A DNA stretch of 29,090 nucleotides from a virus (lineage: Duplodnaviria > Caudoviricetes): positions 1 to 29,090 of IMG/VR virus record IMGVR_UViG_3300032243_000118, one strand, 5' to 3'. This document shows positions 8,782 to 16,327 of this stretch, piece after piece. The translations under genes were made by a program, and so were the position numbers. How positions within the stretch are numbered: position 1 is the stretch's first letter; each line of letters starts with the position of its first letter. The notes beneath the pieces are model-generated. The model made no database searches, was not told where the DNA came from, and was given only the letters and a program-made list of their open reading frames with translations.

Positions 8782-9105
8782 TTATCCTGCTTCCTTTTGA
8801 TCGCGCAAAGTGCGCTTGTATTTTGCTTCTTGAGTTTGCGAACCAAATGAATCTTTGTATGGTTCGTCAATCCGTACTGGAGTTATGCCAAAGAACCTGC
8901 GCATTTCCTCTCGTACCTTTTCATTCGTGCCTGCCCAATAACCGCTTACCTTGACCTTTAGTGCGTAGTCAATGCAACCATCAAATACCGGGCAATTCAT
9001 GCAAGTCTTTTCCAATAACTTTTCTATCTTTGGTGCCATGTTGTTAGTTGGAAAGAACAGTTCTGGGTCTAGCCCAATGCAACTCGCGCCGTCTGTGTTA
9101 AACAT
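8782..9105 (-). CDS. whiB: WhiB-family transcription factor
   Basis: C..DPELFFP...CMNCPVFDGC...GYWAGT; four Fe-S cysteines; start refined to MFNTDG. Confidence 0.9.
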   Translation of the reverse strand: MFNTDGASCIGLDPELFFPTNNMAPKIEKLLEKTCMNCPVFDGCIDYALKVKVSGYWAGTNEKVREEMRRFFGITPVRIDEPYKDSFGSQTQEAKYKRTLRDQKEAG

Positions 9106-9508
9106 CCGAAATCTCGCTTGCAATTACCTGACAACCAATGCGATCTGTTGCGTATTGCTTTGAAGCACTAACGGCAATAACCAACGCATCGTCTGTATAA
9201 AGTCCGCCAGTTGTGAGTCCATCAAATGTGCTGCGAATCAGCTTGTCGAGATCAGGTTTAACCGCAGGCCACTTGCGCGTGACAGTCTTAGGTCTAGGCA
9301 AGTGAAACACCAGCGCGATCTCTACCGGTGTGTCCATTGAGTTAAGTGTTGCCCAACTCATGTGTTGCGCGGTCTTGATCGTTACGGCTTCGCGCCACGG
9401 CTTAACCTTTTTGCTTGACTCAACGATGACAACGCGCCCGTTCTTTACAAAGCCATTCTTAGAACCTTGTGGCGCAGGTTCGCCGTCTATCCAAAAACTA
9501 ATCATCAT
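9098..9508 (-). CDS. rusA: RusA-like Holliday junction resolvase
   Basis: GEPAPQGSK, KPDLDKLIRSTFDGL, DDALVI motifs. Confidence 0.92.
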   Translation of the reverse strand: MMISFWIDGEPAPQGSKNGFVKNGRVVIVESSKKVKPWREAVTIKTAQHMSWATLNSMDTPVEIALVFHLPRPKTVTRKWPAVKPDLDKLIRSTFDGLTTGGLYTDDALVIAVSASKQYATDRIGCQVIASEISDV

Positions 9509-9647
9509 CGACTACTAACCGCAGTTGAGCGATTAAGGCATCTTGTGTTTCTTGTAACTGGCGTGGCAGGGTTTGAGCGAATGCCATTGTCAGCATTCCA
9601 AAGAAGCCACCAAGCAAGAATAGAACTGATCCCAAGATAAATGTCAT
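9498..9647 (-). CDS. 49-aa membrane protein
   Basis: Not in ORF track. MTFILGSVLFLLGGFFGMLTMAFAQ...; ATGA overlap with the SSAP stop; GGAG upstream. Confidence 0.7.
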   Translation of the reverse strand: MTFILGSVLFLLGGFFGMLTMAFAQTLPRQLQETQDALIAQLRLVVDDD

Positions 9648-10219
9648 GCCGACTCCATGATTTCTGTTTTCTTGTTGTTGAATATAAGTCGCAAGTTGCG
9701 CTTCTCTGCTTCGCTAAATGCACCGCCTTGAATCAACGGCACGACTTCACTTAGTTCTACAAGTGACCCGGCATTACCAATGCGGTTAATCATCTTTTGA
9801 GTAGCTGTGCTTAGTTCTTTTGTTGCCTTTGGTGCAGGCTTTGATTCAACTGGTGCAGGCTGTTCTTTTGCCCATAGGTCTAGTGCCACGCCAAACCGCA
9901 TTGCTGCGTTTCTGATCGCGTTACCAATCGCGCCTTTGGTTTGATCGAACTTGTCGCGGCCTTGCGGTTCGCCGTAGCCATAGCGAGTAACACCGCAGAC
10001 CGTAAGTTCAATCCATAGACCGCCGTTTGAATCGAACGCTGGCAGTCCGGCATCCGTAAACGCTAACGGCTTCCAACTCCATGCAGAATCAACTTGAAGC
10101 AATCTATCTGTCACCCAAGCATGACTAACGTAATCAAGCTGCAAACCGCCAGTTGGAAGTTTCTGTATTTGTTCTTTTGGAAATGGTGCGCGTAACGCAT
10201 CCTGCTGTTCTTGTTTCAT
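9644..10219 (-). CDS. Rad52/Sak-like single-strand annealing protein
   Basis: LRAPFP, LDYVSHAWVTDRL, KGAIGNAIRNAAMRFGVALDLW. Confidence 0.85.
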   Translation of the reverse strand: MKQEQQDALRAPFPKEQIQKLPTGGLQLDYVSHAWVTDRLLQVDSAWSWKPLAFTDAGLPAFDSNGGLWIELTVCGVTRYGYGEPQGRDKFDQTKGAIGNAIRNAAMRFGVALDLWAKEQPAPVESKPAPKATKELSTATQKMINRIGNAGSLVELSEVVPLIQGGAFSEAEKRNLRLIFNNKKTEIMESA

Positions 10220-10437
10220 GCTTTGTTCCTGTTCTCTTGTATGTTTTGAATCTTCGTGACAAGTGTGTAAAAGTCTTGTCTCGTCATCTTGCTTGTGTTA
10301 AATGGTTTATCAAGTAGGACAGACATAAACTCAACTTGTTGTGCCGGATGAGTCACTCCCAAATACTCCAGCATCTTTCTGATCTTGTGCTTATCGTCAA
10401 GTGTTGCGCGTTCCATTCCAAACGGTACATATCCCAT
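10216..10437 (-). CDS. Hypothetical protein (73 aa)
   Basis: Start refined to MGYVPFG by TAATG coupling. Confidence 0.65.
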   Translation of the reverse strand: MGYVPFGMERATLDDKHKIRKMLEYLGVTHPAQQVEFMSVLLDKPFNTSKMTRQDFYTLVTKIQNIQENRNKA

Positions 10438-10559
10438 TATTGACCGCCCAAGATAAACCAAGTGCCAACGAATAGAACCCAACCAATGCCGATAACAACA
10501 ACGGCTTCGATCACTAAACCAATGAGTCTTGCTAGTGGTGTCCAGTTCCAATGACGCAT
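10437..10559 (-). CDS. 40-aa membrane protein
   Basis: Not in ORF track. MRHWNWTPLARLIGLVIEAVVVIGIGWVLFVGTWFILGGQ; TAATG coupling at both ends. Confidence 0.7.
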   Translation of the reverse strand: MRHWNWTPLARLIGLVIEAVVVIGIGWVLFVGTWFILGGQ

Positions 10560-10750
10560 TATGCCAGCCCATCGCATTCATTACAAAATGATGAACAGTC
10601 ACCACTGCAGCAATCGCAAAAATCTACTGTCTTGAGATTTTGTAATTCTTTCTTAGTGTCTGCAACTGTTACGTTTGAATGATCGTTACAAACAACCATC
10701 CACTTCCATTCTGTGTTGCTTTGGTCTGCCTTTATAAATGTCACGTTCAT
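10559..10750 (-). CDS. Cys-rich small protein
   Basis: AGGA RBS; CNDH and FCDCCSGDCSSFCNEC. Confidence 0.7.
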   Translation of the reverse strand: MNVTFIKADQSNTEWKWMVVCNDHSNVTVADTKKELQNLKTVDFCDCCSGDCSSFCNECDGLA

Positions 10751-10797
10751 TTGCTTTGTTTCCTTTGCTTCTCAAGAACCATTGTGGTTCTTCCTTA

Positions 10798-10833
10798 TGT
10801 GTATAACAATACACGATTTAGGGCAGTTGTCTA
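10798..10833 (-). promoter_or_regulatory. SigA-like promoter with repeated operator-like motif
   Basis: TAGACA-16 nt-TATTGT; TA(T/G)TGTTATACACA is shared with 12783..12796. Confidence 0.6.
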
Positions 10834-10856
10834 GCCCATTTGGAAATTTTTTTTAA

Positions 10857-11195
10857 CTAATTTAAGTACCCAAAAACCCTTAGAAATGCGCGTTTTTCTA
10901 GTCTTTCCTTTGGAATCTTGCCAGACTTTCGCAATTTCTCGCGTTCGATTGGATCAAATCCGCCCCACATTCCCCACTTTTCGTCAATGCCGATTTCTAG
11001 GCAGAATCCAACTACCGGGCAGATTTCACACAAGCGTTTGGCTATGGCGTATAGGTGCGGTTCTTCATCTGGTGGAAAGCAAGTATCAGGGTTTGCATCT
11101 CTGCAAGCTGCGGAATACATCCACGAATCAGGCGCGGTGCAGATCAGGCACATACCTGATTCAAGCCAAGCTTCGTGATCGCAGTCTTTGAGCAT
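10857..11195 (-). CDS. whiB: WhiB-family transcription factor with N-terminal CxH..CxxC extension
   Basis: AACRDANPDTCFP...LCEICPVVGFC...GMWGG. Confidence 0.9.
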   Translation of the reverse strand: MLKDCDHEAWLESGMCLICTAPDSWMYSAACRDANPDTCFPPDEEPHLYAIAKRLCEICPVVGFCLEIGIDEKWGMWGGFDPIEREKLRKSGKIPKERLEKRAFLRVFGYLN

Positions 11196-11202
11196 CTTTC
11201 TA

Positions 11203-11544
11203 TTATGGTTGCTTAAGTCCTAATTCAACTAACTTGGCTCGCACATCATCTGGCATCCCCTGCGACTTAGGACTGGAACCAATTGCTCTAACGTTGTCCA
11301 GTTCGTGTTCGCGCGATCTGTAAGAAGTCCAGATTGCGTTCAGGTGCGCCGGCATAAGTGAATCTGTTGTGTTCTTGTAGTGTGTGCCAACGGCATCACG
11401 AGCAAACTCAAACGTCATTGTTTCGCTTAGTGCTAAAGACCAACCTTCAACTTTTGCTCGAAATCCTGATTCATCAACTGCGCCAAGTCTGGCATCTATC
11501 GCGCTTGCAATTGCTAAGACCTTGCCTATTTCTGCTTTGTTCAT
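11203..11544 (-). CDS. Putative helicase loader/inhibitor
   Basis: Follows the initiator gene; MNKAEIGKVLAIASAID...W...ARDAVGTHY...LMPAHL pattern. Confidence 0.55.
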   Translation of the reverse strand: MNKAEIGKVLAIASAIDARLGAVDESGFRAKVEGWSLALSETMTFEFARDAVGTHYKNTTDSLMPAHLNAIWTSYRSREHELDNVRAIGSSPKSQGMPDDVRAKLVELGLKQP

Positions 11545-12308
11545 TGTTCTATTTCCTTTGTGTCATTTTCTAGATTCTTTAACCAGTCCATTGTCTTAGT
11601 AAACTTACTTTGCTTCGTGTTCCGTTGCGCTGCCAATCGCAGTTGGTCGTATTGCTTGCGAAGTTTGCCGGGACTCATGATGTTTCCACGCCAGAAGTCA
11701 TCGGCCTGACACCATTCGATTGCTCTGGTTATCTGTTCCCAACTGCGTTCGTCAATACTGTTTAGGCGTTCCATGTCAGTTAGCCATTTGGCGTTTACAA
11801 CTGGTCGCTTAGAACCGTTGGACTCAATCAGGTCAGCTAATAGATTGCAGGCCGCATAAATCTCGTCACCATAGGTGCGAGATAGTTCATTGGTTCTAAG
11901 TTCTATATGGTTATAAGTTAGTGCATCGTTTTTGGGGCTACCCGTAGCATCATTTTTGAGGCTAGGTGGCTTCATTTTTGGGGCTAGGTAGTTGCATGAA
12001 TGAGTGCTGGCCGTGTGAACGTGATAAAGGTTTGAAGTCCAGTCCCCAGTATCGTTTTTGCGCTTGATATAACAGATTGCACCAATAACAATAAGTTCCG
12101 CTTTTGCTCTATCAACTGTCGCAATCGATGAACCCATCTGATCTGCAAGTTTCTTGCGTGACCAGTAACTTGTGCCGCGCTTATTGTCACCGTTCTTGCG
12201 CAGCACTAGATAAAGTTTGATCGCCGTAGCTGAAACATTTGACTCGAATACCCAATTTGGTATCTGTTGAAATGGTAAAGGCTCAACGTGTATTTCCTCG
12301 TTGTCCAT
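11541..12308 (-). CDS. Replication initiator (N-terminal wHTH, lambda O-like)
   Basis: SRKKLADQMGSSIATVDRAKAEL HTH; FWRGNIMSPGKLRKQYDQL C-terminus; internal iterons; start refined to MDNEEI. Confidence 0.85.
   Translation of the reverse strand: MDNEEIHVEPLPFQQIPNWVFESNVSATAIKLYLVLRKNGDNKRGTSYWSRKKLADQMGSSIATVDRAKAELIVIGAICYIKRKNDTGDWTSNLYHVHTASTHSCNYLAPKMKPPSLKNDATGSPKNDALTYNHIELRTNELSRTYGDEIYAACNLLADLIESNGSKRPVVNAKWLTDMERLNSIDERSWEQITRAIEWCQADDFWRGNIMSPGKLRKQYDQLRLAAQRNTKQSKFTKTMDWLKNLENDTKEIEQ
11923..11986. repeat. Three 18-bp iterons (putative replication origin)
   Basis: GCATCGTTTTTGGGGCTA 11923..11940, GCATCATTTTTGAGGCTA 11947..11964, GCTTCATTTTTGGGGCTA 11969..11986; AT-rich flank at 11881..11920. 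Confidence 0.8.
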
Positions 12309-12613
12309 TAAAGGTTCTCTTGCAGTTCTACCTTTGACCACTTCAAGCGCAACGCATCTACAACTGCTTGACGTTCCATGTCCGGCAGGTTAGCGATCTC
12401 GTCAAGGCTAACTTCTACCATTTCAGAACCGCACAAGAACTCCAGAACGGCTACAAGAACCAACTGATGTTCATCGAACTCTGGTTCGTCTATGTTGTCC
12501 ACGACTTCCCAAACCTTTGCCCAATCAACCGGGGTAACGGCATCGTGATTTTGAAACAATTTGTGGTCTGTCATCCATGTTGTTTGAATTAGCTGCTCGC
12601 TTGGTGTTTTCAT
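12308..12613 (-). CDS. Acidic hypothetical protein
   Basis: AGGAG RBS; coupled to both neighbours. Confidence 0.75.
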   Translation of the reverse strand: MKTPSEQLIQTTWMTDHKLFQNHDAVTPVDWAKVWEVVDNIDEPEFDEHQLVLVAVLEFLCGSEMVEVSLDEIANLPDMERQAVVDALRLKWSKVELQENL

Positions 12614-12765
12614 TGCTTTGCTCCTGTCATTAGTTCTATTGCCGATCTAATTACTTGACTTACGTTTGCGTTGTGTTGATGCGCCCATTGTCTAACTGCA
12701 AGCATCTGCTCGTTGTTAAGTCGTAGCGCGATCAGGTTGTCTTTATTTTCTTTCTCGTCAGCCAT
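12610..12765 (-). CDS. Ribbon-helix-helix (CopG/Arc-like) regulator, 51 aa
   Basis: Not in ORF track. MADEKENKDNLIALRLNNEQMLAVRQWAHQHNANVSQVIRSAIELMTGAKQ; GAAAGG RBS; IALRL strand and SQVIRSAI helix. Confidence 0.8.
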   Translation of the reverse strand: MADEKENKDNLIALRLNNEQMLAVRQWAHQHNANVSQVIRSAIELMTGAKQ

Positions 12766-12782
12766 TGCTAACCCTTTCTATG

Positions 12783-12819
12783 TGTGTATAACACTAAGGC
12801 AACTTATGGATAAATACAA
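12783..12819 (-). promoter_or_regulatory. SigA-like early promoter with operator-like motif
   Basis: TTGTAT (12814..12819)-17 nt-TAGTGT (12791..12796), followed by TATACACA. Confidence 0.65.
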
Positions 12820-12825
12820 GTAGGC

Positions 12826-12869
12826 AAAAGTAAACGCCACCTGACAAAGCATAAGCAGGTGGCGTTTAC
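12826..12869 (-). terminator. Intrinsic terminator, 14-bp perfect stem, 12-nt loop
   Basis: GTAAACGCCACCTG/CAGGTGGCGTTTAC at 12830..12869, followed by a short U run on the minus strand. Confidence 0.85.
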
Positions 12870-12885
12870 GGTCTCTTGTTTGAGA

Positions 12886-13107
12886 CTAGATTTGCGCAAG
12901 CCTTGCCAGTCTAGCGCGAAGATGCGCCAAATAAACAATTGCATCATCTAGTTCTTCAAGCGTTTCTTGTAGCACCTGACCACCAGACTTTGTTTCAATT
13001 GACTGTTCGTTACCGAGCGAATACTGCTGGTCACCTGTTCCAACAATGCGCGAACGTAACGACTCAACGCAGGCCGTAACTTGGTCAGCTAGTTCTTCAC
13101 TTGTCAA
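12886..13107 (-). CDS. Small MazG/NTP-pyrophosphohydrolase-like helical protein
   Basis: GDQQY...ETLEELDDAIVY (EExxD acidic helix). Confidence 0.5.
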   Translation of the reverse strand: MTSEELADQVTACVESLRSRIVGTGDQQYSLGNEQSIETKSGGQVLQETLEELDDAIVYLAHLRARLARLAQI

Positions 13108-13201
13108 TTTCCATCACCTCGTAACACTTGCGACATTCAACAACTGAATAAGTTGTAAACTGCAATTCGATCCAAACGTGCTTACAAAATTTTGAGGTCA
13201 T
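13097..13201 (-). CDS. 34-aa Zn-finger-like peptide
   Basis: Not in ORF track. MTSKFCKHVWIELQFTTYSVVECRKCYEVMEIDK; AAGGG upstream. Confidence 0.6.
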   Translation of the reverse strand: MTSKFCKHVWIELQFTTYSVVECRKCYEVMEIDK

Positions 13202-14360
13202 CCCATTTCCCTTCACCAACTGTTAGTGTGATCATTCCTGCCGGTGCTGCTGCGCCAGTTGAGTTCTCAAACCAAGTTGAACCACCGTCTAACGCAGGTG
13301 CTTGCAACCAAGTCTTTCGCCCTGACTGCTCAACGCGCAAGTGATGATAATGACCAGTCAATAACAAAGTTGCTTCACCAATGTCTTGTTGTCCATGCGC
13401 CATGTTCTTCCACCAGTCCACAACCTTGCCCCGGCATTGATGACCATGAGCAAGACCGACAACTGTTCCAGCCATATCTAAAGTTACGGTTAATGTGTCG
13501 TACTTAGGAAACACAAAACTAACGTGTTTGAAATTAGGATGATCTGCCAACGCATCGGCAACGGCTGAAGCTGCATCTAATGCGAACGAATCTGTGTATG
13601 TCGTTGCCATTGAGTTTCCAACGCGCACCGCTTCATCATGATTGCCGGGAACACAAGGCACAACAACACGGTCAGCTAGTGGCGCGAATGTTTTGACCAT
13701 GTGCAATAGCAAACGGCGATAGACGCGAATCTGTGAAGTTAGGTCTAAGTCTGTTCGCCAGATGTGCTTGCCACCTTGCGAGTTCATCCCTTCGATACAG
13801 TCACCAAGTTGCGGTAGATAGATCGTGTCAATCTCGCGGCCTGCCTTGCGGAGTTCTTTGAGTCTGGCAACGGCTAGATCGGTCTTGTGTAATACGTTCT
13901 TGATAATGCCTTCAGAACCGTCACCGTCAATCTTTCCAACCTGTGTGTCTGATAACACCACAACATAGGCTACGTTGCTTACAGACCCCTTTACGGGCTT
14001 AGAAACGGTATTCTGTGGCTTCCACTTGCCTACAATCTCAAGCAGATCATCTATGGGAACATGGTGTGCGCCTTTTGTAGGCACAAAGTTAGCGCGAAAC
14101 GACTCAAGCCATTCACCATCCCACCGTTGCCACTTGGAACGCCTTAGTCCTGTGATGCGCCACTTAGCAGGATCAAGTTCAAACTCCGCTAGAAGTTCAG
14201 CATGATCAGGTTCATCCCCTGCCGGGCGCGGTACTGATCGCAGAACGCCACCAGTTGAATCGTATTCAATGCCGGGTTCAAACCCTGCTGGAATAGATTT
14301 GGCTACGCGTTTTCGTTGTTCGTCATCGCCTAGCTTTGAAAGATCATCTGTAAGGCTCAT
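13182..14360 (-). CDS. Calcineurin-like metallophosphoesterase (Mre11/SbcD-like)
   Basis: SDTQVGK, GDCIEG, PGNHDE, AHGH, GHYHH; start refined to MSLTDD (ATGA overlap). Confidence 0.88.
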   Translation of the reverse strand: MSLTDDLSKLGDDEQRKRVAKSIPAGFEPGIEYDSTGGVLRSVPRPAGDEPDHAELLAEFELDPAKWRITGLRRSKWQRWDGEWLESFRANFVPTKGAHHVPIDDLLEIVGKWKPQNTVSKPVKGSVSNVAYVVVLSDTQVGKIDGDGSEGIIKNVLHKTDLAVARLKELRKAGREIDTIYLPQLGDCIEGMNSQGGKHIWRTDLDLTSQIRVYRRLLLHMVKTFAPLADRVVVPCVPGNHDEAVRVGNSMATTYTDSFALDAASAVADALADHPNFKHVSFVFPKYDTLTVTLDMAGTVVGLAHGHQCRGKVVDWWKNMAHGQQDIGEATLLLTGHYHHLRVEQSGRKTWLQAPALDGGSTWFENSTGAAAPAGMITLTVGEGKWDDLKIL

Positions 14361-14599
14361 GGGCAGGTACATCCTAAATCTTTTATGCCGCGATTGCGAT
14401 GTCTAGCGATTGTGTGGCGGCTTATGTCAATGCCGTTCTTGTTCAGAATCTTTGACAGACTTGTTGCTGAATTTTCAATGTCGTTGATTGCTTTGTCTAA
14501 CGCTTCTGCTTCTTTAGTTGGTAGTTCTCTAAGAGTGCGTTTAACCGCACATTCCGCTGTTACTTTTCTAACCGTTTCTAAATCGTCAAGTAAGGCCAC
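14357..14599 (-). CDS. Small HTH-like protein with terminal CxC
   Basis: SATSLSKILNKNGIDISRHTIARHR...CTCP; GTG start after GAAAGG. Confidence 0.7.
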   Translation of the reverse strand: MALLDDLETVRKVTAECAVKRTLRELPTKEAEALDKAINDIENSATSLSKILNKNGIDISRHTIARHRNRGIKDLGCTCP

Positions 14600-14625
14600 G
14601 ATGACCACCTTTCGTTTAGGTTAGT

Positions 14626-14922
14626 TTATGTTATACGAGCGACAGATTGTTGTTTTTTAGCGCGTGTCGCAGGTTGGGTAACCAATTCCTCTATGGAATT
14701 AAGACGATAATCAATATCACCAACTCGAACTTCAATGCGGTTTACGGTATGCGCTACATCTGCAAGCGACTTGCCACCATTTGTATTTGGGTGAATTGGA
14801 TACGTTGCCTGATCTATGTAAAGTTTGATCGGCTTAAGGATCGCCCACTTGATAAACATTCCGACAAGTAACGCGATTGCGCTTATTGCGCCAGCGTATT
14901 GACCTAGTTGCAAGATTCCCAT
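14626..14922 (-). CDS. Lysis-cassette membrane protein
   Basis: N-terminal TM helix, NGGKSLAD motif and coiled coil; follows the endolysin. Confidence 0.65.
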   Translation of the reverse strand: MGILQLGQYAGAISAIALLVGMFIKWAILKPIKLYIDQATYPIHPNTNGGKSLADVAHTVNRIEVRVGDIDYRLNSIEELVTQPATRAKKQQSVARIT

Positions 14923-14925
14923 GAG

Positions 14926-15324
14926 TTACTTTGCAAGGATCGCGGCAGGGTTTAGACCGCCACCTTTAACCCAATGAGATTGAGCTTGAAGTTCCATGTG
15001 TAGATGTGGCCCGGTGGCATTGCCTTCAGAACCAACGTGCGCGATTACTTGACCAGTTTTAACTACTTGCCCAACCTTGACTAGGTACTCGGAACAATGA
15101 GCAAACAACAAATAGCCTTCAGCTACTTTTAACAGAACTGAATGCTGACCGAATGCCTTACCCCAAACTTGACCAACGGAAACGATAGTTCCGGCACAAG
15201 GAGCAAGAATGTTAGTTCCAACTGGTGCAGCGAAATCTACGCCTTCATGCCTTTTACTTGACCAGCGACTACCTTTAACACCAAATGGCGTACTAATCGG
15301 ATGACCTTTAACTGGTAATGCCAT
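14926..15324 (-). CDS. Endolysin, stand-alone peptidase M23
   Basis: HEGVDF and GPHLH zinc ligands; VKVGQVVKTGQVIAHVG. Confidence 0.92.
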   Translation of the reverse strand: MALPVKGHPISTPFGVKGSRWSSKRHEGVDFAAPVGTNILAPCAGTIVSVGQVWGKAFGQHSVLLKVAEGYLLFAHCSEYLVKVGQVVKTGQVIAHVGSEGNATGPHLHMELQAQSHWVKGGGLNPAAILAK

Positions 15325-15326
15325 AA

Positions 15327-15530
15327 CTATTCCTTAACCCCAAAGCGATCATCGGCTGGATTCAACGCATTAACCAAAACAGGAAGCGAAGAAACAAGAG
15401 CGATAGCAAGAGCAGGATGAATACCAAGACTATCGATATTAAGAATAAGCCAACCAAGAATGCCTGCAACGAATACTCGCAGAAAGGATGCAACTGGACT
15501 TTTAGCAAACCAAATTTGAAACTGTTTCAT
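15327..15530 (-). CDS. Holin
   Basis: 67 aa, two TM helices, LNPADDRFG tail; adjacent to the endolysin; leaderless TAAACT-6 nt-ATG. Confidence 0.8.
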   Translation of the reverse strand: MKQFQIWFAKSPVASFLRVFVAGILGWLILNIDSLGIHPALAIALVSSLPVLVNALNPADDRFGVKE

Positions 15531-15539
15531 AATGTCAGT

Positions 15540-15674
15540 TTAACTTATGACTTCTTCGACTGCATCGGATTCAGAGTGGCAGATTGAACATAAAACTGGA
15601 TTAGTCACGTCACTTAAATAAACGGGATTAGTTTTATTTATGCACTCATCTGTTGAGCAAGTAAAGATCCACAT
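15540..15674 (-). CDS. 44-aa Zn-ribbon protein after the tail fibre gene
   Basis: Not in ORF track. MWIFTCSTDECINKTNPVYLSDVTNPVLCSICHSESDAVEEVIS. Confidence 0.65.
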   Translation of the reverse strand: MWIFTCSTDECINKTNPVYLSDVTNPVLCSICHSESDAVEEVIS

Positions 15675-15676
15675 TG

Positions 15677-16297
15677 TTACGCCGCTTCATAGGTAAGTGA
15701 AAAATTAAATTGATCGCCAATAGTCCAAAGTGCTGGAGTTGAAGCATCGATACCAGAACGTCTTAAATAAGTAGAAGAAGCATCCATAGCGAATAAAGTA
15801 AGTGTTGTTGTCGATGATACATAACCCCAAACTAAGGCAGTATTTACACCGGCACAAACTGCAAAACCAGTGGTGGTGCTATTTAGTGTATTTGAATTTG
15901 TTGATGCTGTCACCGGCAAACTTACGTTTAGCGTTGCACCTTTCGTAGTCGTACTTCCTAAAACAAATTTTCCACGAACATGAACTGTCTTTCCAACTTG
16001 TATATAGTCAGCAGTCCATATTCCATTGCCATTAGCCCAACCACCTGAAAGAGTAGGTGCCCAAGTTTTCCACGCACCAAAAGATAAACCAGCTGTCCAC
16101 GCAGAACCGTTGTAATAAGTTAGATCATCAAGATCGGTTTGAACAGAAACCATGCCTTCAGTTGGTGATGAAATGGCAGTCGAACGTGCAGCAGTTCCGG
16201 CAAAGACCATAACTGTCTGATCTTGTAAATAATCTTGAACCTGTGATGCCGTTAGAACGTCACCAGCGGTAAAAACTTTACGCCCTGCGCCTGCCAT
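15677..16297 (-). CDS. Minor tail/receptor-binding protein
   Basis: FTAGDVLTASQVQDYL N-terminus; YIQVGKTVHVR and SLPVTA; AGGAG RBS. Confidence 0.8.
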   Translation of the reverse strand: MAGAGRKVFTAGDVLTASQVQDYLQDQTVMVFAGTAARSTAISSPTEGMVSVQTDLDDLTYYNGSAWTAGLSFGAWKTWAPTLSGGWANGNGIWTADYIQVGKTVHVRGKFVLGSTTTKGATLNVSLPVTASTNSNTLNSTTTGFAVCAGVNTALVWGYVSSTTTLTLFAMDASSTYLRRSGIDASTPALWTIGDQFNFSLTYEAA

Positions 16298-16327
16298 AAT
16301 TACTCCTTGTGTTTATTAGATTCTATC

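Noticed and set aside
11923-11986. Mini-CRISPR array
   Set aside because: Spacers are only 4-6 bp and the repeats lie inside the initiator gene, which fits iterons.
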